Shown piece after piece: positions 39,661 through 49,613 of a DNA stretch of 64,000 bases. The DNA comes from an uncultured Vibrio sp. (GTDB lineage: Bacteria > Pseudomonadota > Gammaproteobacteria > Enterobacterales > Vibrionaceae). The stretch spans positions 13,505-77,504 of the forward strand of contig NZ_CANLBV010000008.1 of NCBI RefSeq assembly GCF_947488985.1. The letters are read 5' to 3'. Position 1 is the stretch's first letter. Each line of letters starts with the position of its first letter. The notes under the pieces are model-generated. The model did no database searches. It was not told where the DNA came from and was given only the letters and a program-made list of their open reading frames with translations. The position numbers and the translations under genes were made by a program.

Positions 39661-41334
39661 TTGTTGGGAAGTCGTTTTACGGATATCAATCTCAAAGGGG
39701 ATATGTTTGGTGGTGTGACAACCGCGATCATCTCATTGCCTTTAGCGTTGGCATTTGGTGTTGCTTCTGGAGCAGGCGCTGAGGCGGGGTTATGGGGCGC
39801 GATTATGGTCGGCCTATTTGCGGCACTGTTCGGCGGTTCAAGCAGCTTGATCTCAGAGCCCACCGGGCCGATGACGGTGATCATGACAGCGGTGATGACC
39901 AGTATGGTCGCTAAATACCCTGAGACGGGCATGGCGATGACCTTTACCGTGGTGATGATGGCCGGAGCATTTCAGATAGTATTAGGCACATTAAAGCTCG
40001 GTAAATACGTTACCTTGATGCCATATAGCGTGATCTCCGGCTTTATGTCGGGCATCGGTGTTATTCTGATCATCTTGCAGCTTTCGCCTTTATTAGGACA
40101 CGCCGCACCATCAGGTGGCGTAATGGGTACACTGTCTGTGCTGCCTGATACCTTAGCCAACATGAAAATCAGCGAGCTGTTTTTAGGTGCATTGACGCTC
40201 GGTATCCTGTTTGGTTTTCCTTCAAAATACCGTAAATATGTGCCGGCGCAACTGGTCGCGTTAGTGGCTGTGACTCTGCTGTCTGTTATCTTCTTCGATA
40301 CCGATTCTATTCGCCGCATTGGTGAAATCCCAGCGGGGCTGCCTTCTCTTGTGATCCCGACGATCAGCAGCGAGCAGTTCACCACTATGGTTATCGACGC
40401 CCTAGTGCTTGGTACGCTGGGTTGTATTGACACGCTTTTGACTGCGGTTATCGGTGATTCACTGACTCGTAAAGAGCATGACTCTGATAAAGAGCTGCGA
40501 GGACAAGGTATCGCAAATATGCTTTCTGGCCTGTTCGGCGCACTGCCTGGTGCGGGGGCGACTATGGGTACTGTGACCAATATTCAGGTTGGTGCACGCT
40601 CTCCACTGTCTGGTGTAATCCGTGCCTTAGTATTAGCGCTAGTTGTTTTGGTAGCTGGTGGCTTAACCGAACCTATTCCTATGGCGGTGTTGGCAGGTAT
40701 CGCCATGTATGTGGGTTTCAACATCCTTGATTGGAGTTTCATTCAGCGCGCACACAAGGTCAGTTATGCTGGCATGGGCGTTATGTATGGTGTAATGCTG
40801 CTAACCGTATTCGTTGACCTTATTATTGCGGTAGGGCTTGGTGTCTTTATCTCGAATATCCTTATCATTGAAAGGCTCAGCCGAGAGCAAGCTAGGCAAG
40901 TTAAGGCGATCAGTGATGGTGATAACGAAGATGATATTCCACTCACAGATAGTGAACGTCAGCTACTCGATAGCGCGAATGGTAAAGTGCTGTTTTTCTA
41001 TCTTTCTGGGCCGATGATCTTCAGCGTTTCAAAGGCGATTTCTCGCCAGCACTCCAGTATCTCTGATTATGAGGCGATGATCTTAGATCTAACGAACGTT
41101 CCGATGATCGACGTAACGGTTGGGCTGGCTTTAGAAAACGCGATTAAAGATGCCTTGGATGCGCAGTGTGAGGTGTACTTGTTGTGTCCTAATGAAAATA
41201 CGCGCCAGCAGCTTGAGAAATTCCATGTAATTGACTTGGTTCCTGAATCAAATACTTACCGATTCAGATATGAAGCGCTGACGGCTGCAACCAGCTATGT
41301 TGAGAGAGACGAGTACCAATTTGAGTCAGTCTAA
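39661..41334 (+). CDS. SulP/SLC26 family anion transporter with STAS domain
   Basis: GDMFGGVTTAIISLPLALAFG, ISEPTGP, KELRGQGIAN, C-terminal STAS; TTG start. Confidence 0.92.
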   Translation: MLGSRFTDINLKGDMFGGVTTAIISLPLALAFGVASGAGAEAGLWGAIMVGLFAALFGGSSSLISEPTGPMTVIMTAVMTSMVAKYPETGMAMTFTVVMMAGAFQIVLGTLKLGKYVTLMPYSVISGFMSGIGVILIILQLSPLLGHAAPSGGVMGTLSVLPDTLANMKISELFLGALTLGILFGFPSKYRKYVPAQLVALVAVTLLSVIFFDTDSIRRIGEIPAGLPSLVIPTISSEQFTTMVIDALVLGTLGCIDTLLTAVIGDSLTRKEHDSDKELRGQGIANMLSGLFGALPGAGATMGTVTNIQVGARSPLSGVIRALVLALVVLVAGGLTEPIPMAVLAGIAMYVGFNILDWSFIQRAHKVSYAGMGVMYGVMLLTVFVDLIIAVGLGVFISNILIIERLSREQARQVKAISDGDNEDDIPLTDSERQLLDSANGKVLFFYLSGPMIFSVSKAISRQHSSISDYEAMILDLTNVPMIDVTVGLALENAIKDALDAQCEVYLLCPNENTRQQLEKFHVIDLVPESNTYRFRYEALTAATSYVERDEYQFESV

Positions 41335-41387
41335 GCTTCAGAGGTGAATTTATTTTATTAATCGGTTCATCATTTTATTCTGATAAG

Positions 41388-41423
41388 AATGCCGTTAAGC
41401 GAATGACTTAGCGGCATTTTTTT
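41388..41423 (+). terminator. Terminator after sulP
   Basis: AATGCCGTTAAG...CTTAGCGGCATT followed by a T run. Confidence 0.75.
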
Positions 41424-41649
41424 ATTTATCGAACACATGCATTGTTTTCAGTTAGCTTAGAACTTCCATTGTTTAAAAAATAAAGCACGAATCGACATTT
41501 GTATTCATCGTCAATCAACGATAAACTTGTTCGTAAAATGGCCGAGTAGACAAATCTTGAGTTAGCTTCAGCTAGTTCGTTTTACGTTTCACTCTCTTCC
41601 TCATGCTCGGTCATCAACATCTATCTATAGCAAATGGCAGTCTATCTCT

Positions 41650-42567
41650 ATGTATGCATTAGAAATTGAGCAATTAAGAAAAACTTATGCTGGGGGCTTT
41701 GAAGCTCTTAAAGGCATTAGTTTACAAGTAGAAAAAGGCGATTTTTACGCGTTACTTGGCCCTAACGGTGCCGGAAAGTCGACCACTATTGGTGTGATTT
41801 CCTCTCTGGTTAACAAGACCTCTGGCAAGGTTAAGGTGTTCGGCTATGACATCGATACCGACTTGGAGCTGGCGAAACAAAATCTAGGTTTAGTCCCTCA
41901 AGAGTTTAACTTTAATCCGTTCGAAACCGTTGAACAGATTGTGTTGCAGCAAGCCGGTTATTACGGTGTGCCAAAAGCACTGGCGAAAGAGAGAGCGAAA
42001 AAATACCTATCTCAACTCGATTTGTGGGAAAAGCGCGGTGAACGGGCGCGTACTTTGTCTGGTGGTATGAAGCGCCGTTTGATGATCGCGCGTGCACTGA
42101 TGCATGAGCCACAACTGTTGATCCTTGATGAACCAACGGCAGGGGTTGATATTGAGCTGCGTCGCTCAATGTGGGAGTTCTTGAAAGAGATCAACGAAAA
42201 GCAGGGCATCACCATTATTCTGACTACCCACTACCTAGAAGAAGCAGAAATGCTGTGTCGCAATATTGGTATCATCAATCGCGGTGAGCTGATTGAGAAT
42301 ACGACCATGAAGGCGCTGCTAGGTAAGCTAAGCGCAGAGACCTTTATTCTAGATCTGGAAGAGGGTGTGGTTGAACCTAAGCTTGAGGGGGTCAATAGCC
42401 AAGTGATGGTTAACGGCTCGTTAGAAATCGAAATTGATAAGAACCTAGGTTTGAATACCATTTTTTCTCAATTGAGTGAGCAACAGGTGAAAGTCCTCTC
42501 TATGCGTAATAAAGCCAACCGTTTAGAAGAGTTGTTTGTCAGTATCGTCCGTGAGGGGAGTAAATAA
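41650..42567 (+). CDS. ABC transporter ATP-binding protein (YadG-like)
   Basis: GPNGAGKST, LSGGMKRR, ILDEPTAG, TTHY. Confidence 0.93.
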   Translation: MYALEIEQLRKTYAGGFEALKGISLQVEKGDFYALLGPNGAGKSTTIGVISSLVNKTSGKVKVFGYDIDTDLELAKQNLGLVPQEFNFNPFETVEQIVLQQAGYYGVPKALAKERAKKYLSQLDLWEKRGERARTLSGGMKRRLMIARALMHEPQLLILDEPTAGVDIELRRSMWEFLKEINEKQGITIILTTHYLEEAEMLCRNIGIINRGELIENTTMKALLGKLSAETFILDLEEGVVEPKLEGVNSQVMVNGSLEIEIDKNLGLNTIFSQLSEQQVKVLSMRNKANRLEELFVSIVREGSK

Positions 42568-42568
42568 T

Positions 42569-43339
42569 ATGTACAGCCTTTATTGGACTGCTTTTTGTAG
42601 CTTGTTGACCAAAGAGATCAATCGCTTCACCCGCATCTGGGTGCAAACTCTCGTGCCACCTGCGATTACTATGACGCTGTATTTCATCATCTTCGGCAAC
42701 CTGATTGGTGCGCGCATTGGCGAGATGAACGGCTTTAGTTACATGGAATACATAGTGCCTGGTTTGATCATGATGTCGGTGATCACCAACTCATACTCTA
42801 ACGTTGCTTCGTCGTTCTTTAGTGCCAAGTTTCAGAAGAACATTGAAGAGCTGCTTGTCGCTCCGGTTCCTAACTACGTGATTATCGCAGGTTTCGTGAT
42901 GGGCGGCGTAGTTCGTGGCTTGTTAGTGGGTACGATAGTGACGTTCGTTTCACTGTTCTTTGTTGACCTACAAGTTGACCACTGGGGCGTGATCATCGCG
43001 ACGGTGTTATTAACATCGATCGTGTTTGCGCTTGGCGGCCTAATCAACGCCGTCTTCGCCCGTACCTTTGATGATATTTCAATCATTCCAACCTTCATCT
43101 TAACGCCACTGACCTATCTTGGCGGTGTGTTTTATTCGATCAGTCTATTGCCTGAGTTCTGGCAAGGACTATCGAAATTGAACCCGATTGTGTACATGGT
43201 CAACGCGTTCCGATATGGCTTCTTAGGTGTGTCTGATGTGGGCATCGTGACGTCGTTTGGCGTACTAGGTGTGTTTATTGTTGTGCTGTATGGCATTGCA
43301 CACTACCTAGTGACCAAGGGGATTGGCTTACGTAGCTAA
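42569..43339 (+). CDS. ABC-2 type permease (YadH-like)
   Basis: RIWVQTLVPPAITMTLYF, YMEYIVPGLIMM, LGGVFYSI; start at ATG42569. Confidence 0.92.
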   Translation: MYSLYWTAFCSLLTKEINRFTRIWVQTLVPPAITMTLYFIIFGNLIGARIGEMNGFSYMEYIVPGLIMMSVITNSYSNVASSFFSAKFQKNIEELLVAPVPNYVIIAGFVMGGVVRGLLVGTIVTFVSLFFVDLQVDHWGVIIATVLLTSIVFALGGLINAVFARTFDDISIIPTFILTPLTYLGGVFYSISLLPEFWQGLSKLNPIVYMVNAFRYGFLGVSDVGIVTSFGVLGVFIVVLYGIAHYLVTKGIGLRS

Positions 43340-43384
43340 TACCAATCGTAGTAAATAACTGGTTATCCTGAATAACAGGTAAAG

Positions 43385-43414
43385 AAAAAGGTCGATGTAA
43401 TATCGACCTTTTTT
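43385..43414. terminator. Bidirectional terminator between the ABC-2 permease and panC
   Basis: AAAAAGGTCGAT-gtaat-ATCGACCTTTTT. Confidence 0.85.
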
Positions 43415-43461
43415 GTGTCTTTGCTTCGCGTTTTATGTTCTGCGTATCAAGCAGAATCCGC

Positions 43462-44352
43462 TTAGTCTGCGGTTTCTTCTTTCACTTCTTCCTTGGTTTC
43501 CGTGACCAAATCTAATATTTGGTTATCGATAAGACGGGTCTTACCTAGGAAAGCCGACATTAGAATCACGGCTTGAGTTGATTCTGCAGTGATCGCTTGC
43601 AGCGTTTTCGCATCACAAATGAAGATCTCGTCAGGTTGAAGATCTGCAGCGCGAAGCTGGTCTGTTGCATCTTCAATGATTGAAGCGTAATCATCACGAC
43701 CGCCACGAATTGCACTGCTGATCCAACGCATACTGCGTGCCAGAACGGGCGCACGCTGGCGTTCATCAAACGTCAGGTTGCCATTGCGCGAACTCATGGC
43801 TAAACCGTCCATTTCACGAACCGTTGCCACACCCACGATCTGGATGTCTAACGCCAGGTCAGTGGTCATCTGGCGAATGATTGCAAGTTGCTGAAAATCT
43901 TTCTCGCCGAAACATGCAAAATCTGGCTGAACGATATTAAACAGTTTAGTGACAATCGTCGCGACGCCACGGAAGTGACCTGGGCGAGATGCCCCTTCTA
44001 GCATCTGAGATATACCAGGGACTTCAACAAATGTCTGCTTGTCTAGGCCATCTGGATACATGATTTCTGGGGTCGGGGTAAATACCAACTCAACCCCTTC
44101 GCCAGTTAGCTTGCTTAAATCCGCTTCTAACGTGCGAGGGTAGTTATTGAGGTCATCGGTGCGATCAAACTGCATTGGGTTAACAAAGATGCTGACCACA
44201 ACAATGTCAGCCAGTTCACGCGCTTTCTTTACTAGAGTGAGATGACCTTCATGCAGGTTTCCCATTGTCGGGACAAAAGCAACCGTACGTCCATCACGCT
44301 TAAACTGTTTAATCTGCTCACGAAGAGCTGTTATTTCAGCAAAAGTTTGCAT
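43462..44352 (-). CDS. panC: Pantoate--beta-alanine ligase
   Basis: [43 protein letters not shown]. Confidence 0.98.
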   Translation of the reverse strand: MQTFAEITALREQIKQFKRDGRTVAFVPTMGNLHEGHLTLVKKARELADIVVVSIFVNPMQFDRTDDLNNYPRTLEADLSKLTGEGVELVFTPTPEIMYPDGLDKQTFVEVPGISQMLEGASRPGHFRGVATIVTKLFNIVQPDFACFGEKDFQQLAIIRQMTTDLALDIQIVGVATVREMDGLAMSSRNGNLTFDERQRAPVLARSMRWISSAIRGGRDDYASIIEDATDQLRAADLQPDEIFICDAKTLQAITAESTQAVILMSAFLGKTRLIDNQILDLVTETKEEVKEETAD

Positions 44353-44360
44353 AGTTACTC

Positions 44361-45155
44361 CTAAGCGATAGTGTGAGCTTCATCAGGGAAGCGAGCGCTC
44401 TCAACTTCTTCTTTATATACCGCAACAGCTTTACGCATGTCGCCGGTTTCAGCGAGGAAATTCTTAGAGAACTTAGGCATGTAGTTCGCAGAAATGCCGA
44501 ACATGTCATGCATCACTAAGATCTGACCATCGGTCACGTTACCTGCGCCAATGCCAATAACGGGCACGTCACACGCTTCTGTGATGCGTTTTGCCAGTGC
44601 GGCTGGCACGCATTCTAGGAGAACGATTTGAGCGCCAGCCTCTTGCAGGGCTAGTGCATCTGCGACCATTTTGTCGGCTTGCTCTTCACCGCGACCTTGA
44701 ACCTTGTAACCACCAAAGATATTCACCGATTGAGGCGTTAAGCCCAAGTGAGCGCATACCGGTACTGCACGCTCTGTGAGTGTTTTAACCGTCTCAATCA
44801 ACCAGCTACCGCCTTCGATTTTTACCATGTTCGCACCCGCACGCATTAGGGTAGCAGCGCTCTCGCAGGCTTGCTCAGGGGTTGCATAGCTCATGAAAGG
44901 CATGTCAGCCATAAGAAGACAGTTTGGGCTACCAGCGCGCACTGAGCGAGTGTGGTAAGCAATGTCTTCCACGGTCACGGGTAAGGTATCCGTTTGGCCT
45001 TGTAACACCATACCAAGCGAGTCACCGACAAGCAGCAATGGGATTTCTTGGCTTTCGAATAATTGAGCAAAGCTCGCATCATAAGCGGTCGAAGTCGCGA
45101 ACTTACGACCTTCACGTTTGCATTTGATCAGGTCGTTAATGGTTATCTTTTTCAT
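44361..45155 (-). CDS. panB: 3-methyl-2-oxobutanoate hydroxymethyltransferase
   Basis: [36 protein letters not shown]. Confidence 0.98.
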   Translation of the reverse strand: MKKITINDLIKCKREGRKFATSTAYDASFAQLFESQEIPLLLVGDSLGMVLQGQTDTLPVTVEDIAYHTRSVRAGSPNCLLMADMPFMSYATPEQACESAATLMRAGANMVKIEGGSWLIETVKTLTERAVPVCAHLGLTPQSVNIFGGYKVQGRGEEQADKMVADALALQEAGAQIVLLECVPAALAKRITEACDVPVIGIGAGNVTDGQILVMHDMFGISANYMPKFSKNFLAETGDMRKAVAVYKEEVESARFPDEAHTIA

Positions 45156-45177
45156 TGGGTTTCCTTAATGCGTTTGG

Positions 45178-45663
45178 CTATTGTTGCCAAACATTGAGCC
45201 CGTTCTTATCGATTATTTTGAGTAAGTCTGTCAGCTCAGTCCCATCAGGGAGTTGTAAACTTGGTGCGATTTCAGCAAGCGGATAGAGTACGAACTCTCG
45301 TTCTTTCATTCCGTAATGAGGAACGGTTAAGCGCTCTGAATCGATCACCTCATTGCCGTATAAAACGATATCGAGATCCAAGGTTCTTGGTCCCCAACGT
45401 TCGTCTTTACGGACGCGCCCTTGCTCTAGCTCGATAGCTTGAGTGCAATCAAGCAGTTCAATTGGCGTTAATTCGGTTTGGATTGCCACTACCGCGTTGA
45501 TGTAGTCTGGTTGATTTTGCGGCCCCATTGGCGTGCTACTATATAGTTGAGAGGTCGCAACAAACGTTGATCGCGGTAGGTTTTTTAGTGTTTCGATAGC
45601 CAAATTTGCTTGGCTAACTGGGTCGGCAAGGTTGCTGCCGACCGCAATATAAGCCGTTATCAT
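45178..45663 (-). CDS. folK: 2-amino-4-hydroxy-6-hydroxymethyldihydropteridine diphosphokinase
   Basis: YIAVGSNL, QPDYINAV, RWGPRTLDLDI, PH..MKEREFVL. Confidence 0.98.
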   Translation of the reverse strand: MITAYIAVGSNLADPVSQANLAIETLKNLPRSTFVATSQLYSSTPMGPQNQPDYINAVVAIQTELTPIELLDCTQAIELEQGRVRKDERWGPRTLDLDIVLYGNEVIDSERLTVPHYGMKEREFVLYPLAEIAPSLQLPDGTELTDLLKIIDKNGLNVWQQ

Positions 45664-47015
45664 TCGGATTGCTTACTCTTTTTGTTTCGGTAAGTCTTAC
45701 GGCGACGATGACCGGATTTTGATGGCGCTGCGACGTCGTTCGCCATCGCTTGGCGTATATTGCGACCTGCTGTTTGGTAACGCTCCCACCATTTCGCCAG
45801 CTCTTTGGTTTCGCCACCCTCAATTTCACCGCGCATTTCTAAGAAATCGTAGCCTGCACGGAACTTGTTGAGCTCCATAAGGCGAACGGCACGCTTACCG
45901 TTACGGCGAGGCAGGCGTAACTGCAGCTGCCAAACTTCACGAATAGTCGCAGTATGACGACGAGGAATGGCAATCGATTTGACTTGCTGATCAAGAATGA
46001 TGTTGCTCGCTTCCATGATCGCATCGTAGTGCGCCATACCTTGTTCAGCGACCAGTTGATCAGCCAGTTTGTTCATTGGGTACCAAAGCATCGCGGCAAA
46101 CATGAATGCCGGGTTGACGCGTTTGCCATCTTCAATGCGAAGGTCGGTCGAGTCGAGCACCAAATCCAGCATCTGTTCGGTGTACGAGTCGTAACCTTCA
46201 GTGAAGTATTCCGCTACGACAGGGAACATTTGCTGGAAGAGGTTATATTCACGCATCAGGTGGTAGGTTTCTAAACCGTGACCAGATTGCAGTAATTTCA
46301 GAGACTCTTCGTAAAGTCGCGCCGCTGGGATATCTTTGAGAAGGTGTGCTAGCTCTTCAATCGGCTCGGCAGTCTCTTCTTCAATATCGAAATCCAGTTT
46401 TGCGGCGAAGCGCATTGCACGCAGCATGCGCACAGGGTCTTCGCGGTAGCGCGTTTCTGGATCGCCAATCAGGCGGATCAGCTTATCTTCTAAGTCTTCG
46501 ATACCACCGGCGTAATCGTGGATACTGTAGTCTGCAATGTTGTAGTACATTGCGTTGATCGTGAAATCACGGCGCTCTGCATCTTCATCGACACTACCGT
46601 ACACGTTATCGCGTAGCAGCATGCCTTCTTTCGATTGAGCAGAGACGTTTTTCGACGGTTCTTGGTGGTGACCACGGAACGTCGCAACTTCAATGATGTC
46701 ACGGCCAAACATGATGTGTGCTAAACGGAAACGGCGACCTATTAGGCGGCAGTTTCTGAATAGATTCTTGATTTGTTCAGGCGTTGCGTTAGTCGCAATA
46801 TCAAAATCTTTCGGCTGAGAGCCCAACAGGATATCACGGACACCACCACCGACTAAAAATGCGTCAAAACCCGCACCGTTCAGGCGATATAGTACTTTTA
46901 GTGCGTTGTCGCTGATCTGTTTGCGTGAAATGTTGTGCTCTTGACGAGTAAATACATTCAGTGCCAATTCGTGGAATCCGCGTTGTTCGCTTGGGTTATT
47001 GTCGTTTGTATTCAT
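45660..47015 (-). CDS. pcnB: Poly(A) polymerase I
   Basis: LVGGGVRD, KDFDIAT, IGRRFRLAH, RRDFTINA, EDPVRMLR. Confidence 0.96.
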   Translation of the reverse strand: MNTNDNNPSEQRGFHELALNVFTRQEHNISRKQISDNALKVLYRLNGAGFDAFLVGGGVRDILLGSQPKDFDIATNATPEQIKNLFRNCRLIGRRFRLAHIMFGRDIIEVATFRGHHQEPSKNVSAQSKEGMLLRDNVYGSVDEDAERRDFTINAMYYNIADYSIHDYAGGIEDLEDKLIRLIGDPETRYREDPVRMLRAMRFAAKLDFDIEEETAEPIEELAHLLKDIPAARLYEESLKLLQSGHGLETYHLMREYNLFQQMFPVVAEYFTEGYDSYTEQMLDLVLDSTDLRIEDGKRVNPAFMFAAMLWYPMNKLADQLVAEQGMAHYDAIMEASNIILDQQVKSIAIPRRHTATIREVWQLQLRLPRRNGKRAVRLMELNKFRAGYDFLEMRGEIEGGETKELAKWWERYQTAGRNIRQAMANDVAAPSKSGHRRRKTYRNKKSKQSE

Positions 47016-47199
47016 TAGTTTAGAACAAAGTAGGTATCGCCAACTTTGTTTTTCTCTTAGTCCAAAGTGGTAGTGCAGAGTGTAATTTCGGCTAATGATA
47101 GCTTAGCGCGAGCCATTTGAGAACATTGTCTGCTTTGCCATAGTGGTTAGTTATGGCATTTTTATGTGTCGTTTATACTATTTTGCCGTCAGTTATGAG

Positions 47200-48075
47200 C
47201 TATTTGGTATATTGTTTCTGTAAACTATCTGACAGTTGATCGACGCTCCATTGCTGGCAACCCCATAACAAGATCTCATCCATTGAAGCCTCACTAATAA
47301 CCTGTGGTATATCGAAACCCAAGAAGCGCATAGCGCCGAGTAGTGTTGGTTTCGGGTTATCGAGATCTATCGCAGTGGCATGGTTCTGCTTCGATAATTT
47401 GTTGCCCAAGGCATCGGTTGCCAAGGGCAGGTGCAAGTAACTCACGGGTGTTTGCTTAAGGGTTTGGTACAAACTAATCTGTCGACCGGTTGGCTCGATT
47501 AAGTCAGCGCCTCGAACAACTTCTGTTACCCCCTGCTCGATGTCATCGAGAACAACCGCTAAGTTATAAGCAAATAGACCATCTCTGCGTTTGATAATAA
47601 AATCTTCTTCCGCCAGCGCTTTAGGAATTTGAATGGTACCATGGCGAACATCGTCAAACGATTCTATCGGAAAATCCATGCGTAATCGCACCGCTTGCTC
47701 ACCCGTATCCATTAATCCAGCGTCTCGGCAGTGACCAGTATAAAAGCCACCCCAAGATTTGATCTGTTTGCGGGTGCATTGACAGTAGTAGGCTTGGTTA
47801 TCGGCGACCCATTGATCAATTTGAGCTTGATAAAGGTCATGACGCTGACTTTGATAGACGACGTCACTATCCCAAAATAGGTGGTAAGCCTCAAGCGTCT
47901 TAAGAATTAGATCGGCAGCGCCTGCCATTTCTCGTGGCGGGTCAAGGTCTTCCATGCGAACCAGCCATTGCCCTTGCTTAGATTTCGCTTGAAAGTAGCT
48001 ACCAAGTGCAGCAACCAGTGAGCCAAAATGAAGTGGACCTGACGGTGATGGTGCAAAGCGTCCGATATAATTCAT
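47200..48075 (-). CDS. gluQ: Glutamyl-Q tRNA(Asp) synthetase
   Basis: RFAPSPSGPLHFGS, RMEDLDPPRE, CQCTR zinc motif, KLSKQN; no anticodon domain. Confidence 0.95.
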   Translation of the reverse strand: MNYIGRFAPSPSGPLHFGSLVAALGSYFQAKSKQGQWLVRMEDLDPPREMAGAADLILKTLEAYHLFWDSDVVYQSQRHDLYQAQIDQWVADNQAYYCQCTRKQIKSWGGFYTGHCRDAGLMDTGEQAVRLRMDFPIESFDDVRHGTIQIPKALAEEDFIIKRRDGLFAYNLAVVLDDIEQGVTEVVRGADLIEPTGRQISLYQTLKQTPVSYLHLPLATDALGNKLSKQNHATAIDLDNPKPTLLGAMRFLGFDIPQVISEASMDEILLWGCQQWSVDQLSDSLQKQYTK

Positions 48076-48211
48076 GTGTCAACAACCTAATCTGGGTGGT
48101 AGCGTAGTCGCCGATTCTTAAGACGTTTCATAATCTTTAAGAGGGGGCAACTCTCTTTAATACGGTTTAATTGTGAGCAGTATGTTTATGTATCTCACTG
48201 AAGTAGCAAAC

Positions 48212-48236
48212 AAAAAAGGGAGCCAAAGCTCCCTTT
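48212..48236 (-). terminator. Terminator after dksA
   Basis: AAAGGGAGC-caaa-GCTCCCTTT with an A run on plus. Confidence 0.8.
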
Positions 48237-48253
48237 CTTTACATCCGCAAGAA

Positions 48254-48700
48254 TTAACCTTGCATCTGTTTCTCTTTGATCTCTGCAAGCGTTTTACAGT
48301 CAATACAAAGGTCAGCCGTTGGACGAGCCTCTAGGCGACGAATACCAATCTCGATACCACAAGAATCACAGAAGCCGAAATCGTCTTCTTCGATCTTGTC
48401 TAGCGTCTTTTCAATTTTCTTGATAAGACGACGTTCACGGTCACGGTTACGTAGCTCTAGGCTGAATTCCTCTTCTTGAGAAGCACGGTCAACTGGGTCT
48501 GGGAAATTCGCAGCTTCGTCTTGCATGTGATGCACAGTACGATCAACTTCTTCCCTGAGCTGGTTGCGCCAAGCGGCTAAAATTTTTGTAAAATGTTCCG
48601 TTTGCTCAGGCGACATGTACTCTTCACCTGGCCTCTCCTGATACGGTTCAACACCTGCGATGGCTAGGATGCCTAGCGCTTTTTTCTTAGATTCTGGCAT
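48254..48700 (-). CDS. dksA: RNA polymerase-binding factor DksA
   Basis: PDPVDRA coiled-coil tip; CDSC...CIDC zinc finger. Confidence 0.98.
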   Translation of the reverse strand: MPESKKKALGILAIAGVEPYQERPGEEYMSPEQTEHFTKILAAWRNQLREEVDRTVHHMQDEAANFPDPVDRASQEEEFSLELRNRDRERRLIKKIEKTLDKIEEDDFGFCDSCGIEIGIRRLEARPTADLCIDCKTLAEIKEKQMQG

Positions 48701-48808
48701 ACAGCATCTCCTATTTACACCTAGTCAACTGCAAAGCAGCTAATTTTAAGGCGGGTATCTATAGCAGAAAGAACGAATGGTGGCAAATACTCTTATTCAA
48801 ACTTTTAA

Positions 48809-49579
48809 TCAATGTGACTCGCTCAGCATATTTGCTTGGCTATTGATAAATTCAACAGTTTGTTTCAGTTGTATTTGAGTGCTGCTGAGCTCTGCCTTAT
48901 AGCAAAGCACTTCAACTCCAGCGTCTTGTGCTTTTTTTAGTAATAACGAATATTTGGCATCTATATGGTGTGCCGCAGCCACTTTTTCAATGCCTGAATG
49001 CAAAACAGTGAATAAAAGTACGGCTCTATTTCCTGATTCGACCATTTCTGTGAGTTCCCGCAGATGCTTTTGGCCTCTGGTTGTCACCGCATCAGGGAAG
49101 AAGCCTTGCCCTTTGGTTGACGTTTCTTGCTTTGCTGAAATATGTTGTTCATCGAGCAAAGTGACGCTTTTGACTTCGATATAGCAAGGCGGTTTTTCGT
49201 TATCTTCAAGCAGGATATCAATGCGACTATTCTCGCTGCCATATTTTACTTCGGTTCGTAACGCGTCATAACCTAAGAGTTCAACTATAGTCCCATTTTC
49301 AATTGCTTCCACCGCCAGCTGGTTTGCCCTTGCAGTATTGACGCAAATACGGTGACCTTTGTCGGTTTCTGAGATCTCCCAGCTGTTTGGATACTTCCTT
49401 TTAGCGTTATCTGATGTTGAGTACCACACGGTATTGCCCGGAGTAGCACAGCCCGTCATTGCCCCTGTATTGGCACAATGAATAGTACGTTCGCTGCCGT
49501 CAGCAAGTTTGATGTCGGTGAGAAAACGTTTGTAGCGCTTGATTAGAGTTGCGGACTCTAATGGAGGTGTGAAGTGCAT
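48809..49579 (-). CDS. sfsA: Sugar fermentation stimulation protein SfsA
   Basis: [40 protein letters not shown]. Confidence 0.95.
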   Translation of the reverse strand: MHFTPPLESATLIKRYKRFLTDIKLADGSERTIHCANTGAMTGCATPGNTVWYSTSDNAKRKYPNSWEISETDKGHRICVNTARANQLAVEAIENGTIVELLGYDALRTEVKYGSENSRIDILLEDNEKPPCYIEVKSVTLLDEQHISAKQETSTKGQGFFPDAVTTRGQKHLRELTEMVESGNRAVLLFTVLHSGIEKVAAAHHIDAKYSLLLKKAQDAGVEVLCYKAELSSTQIQLKQTVEFINSQANMLSESH

Positions 49580-49613
49580 ATTACTTATTTAGACGGCTAG
49601 GTTTTTATGTACA

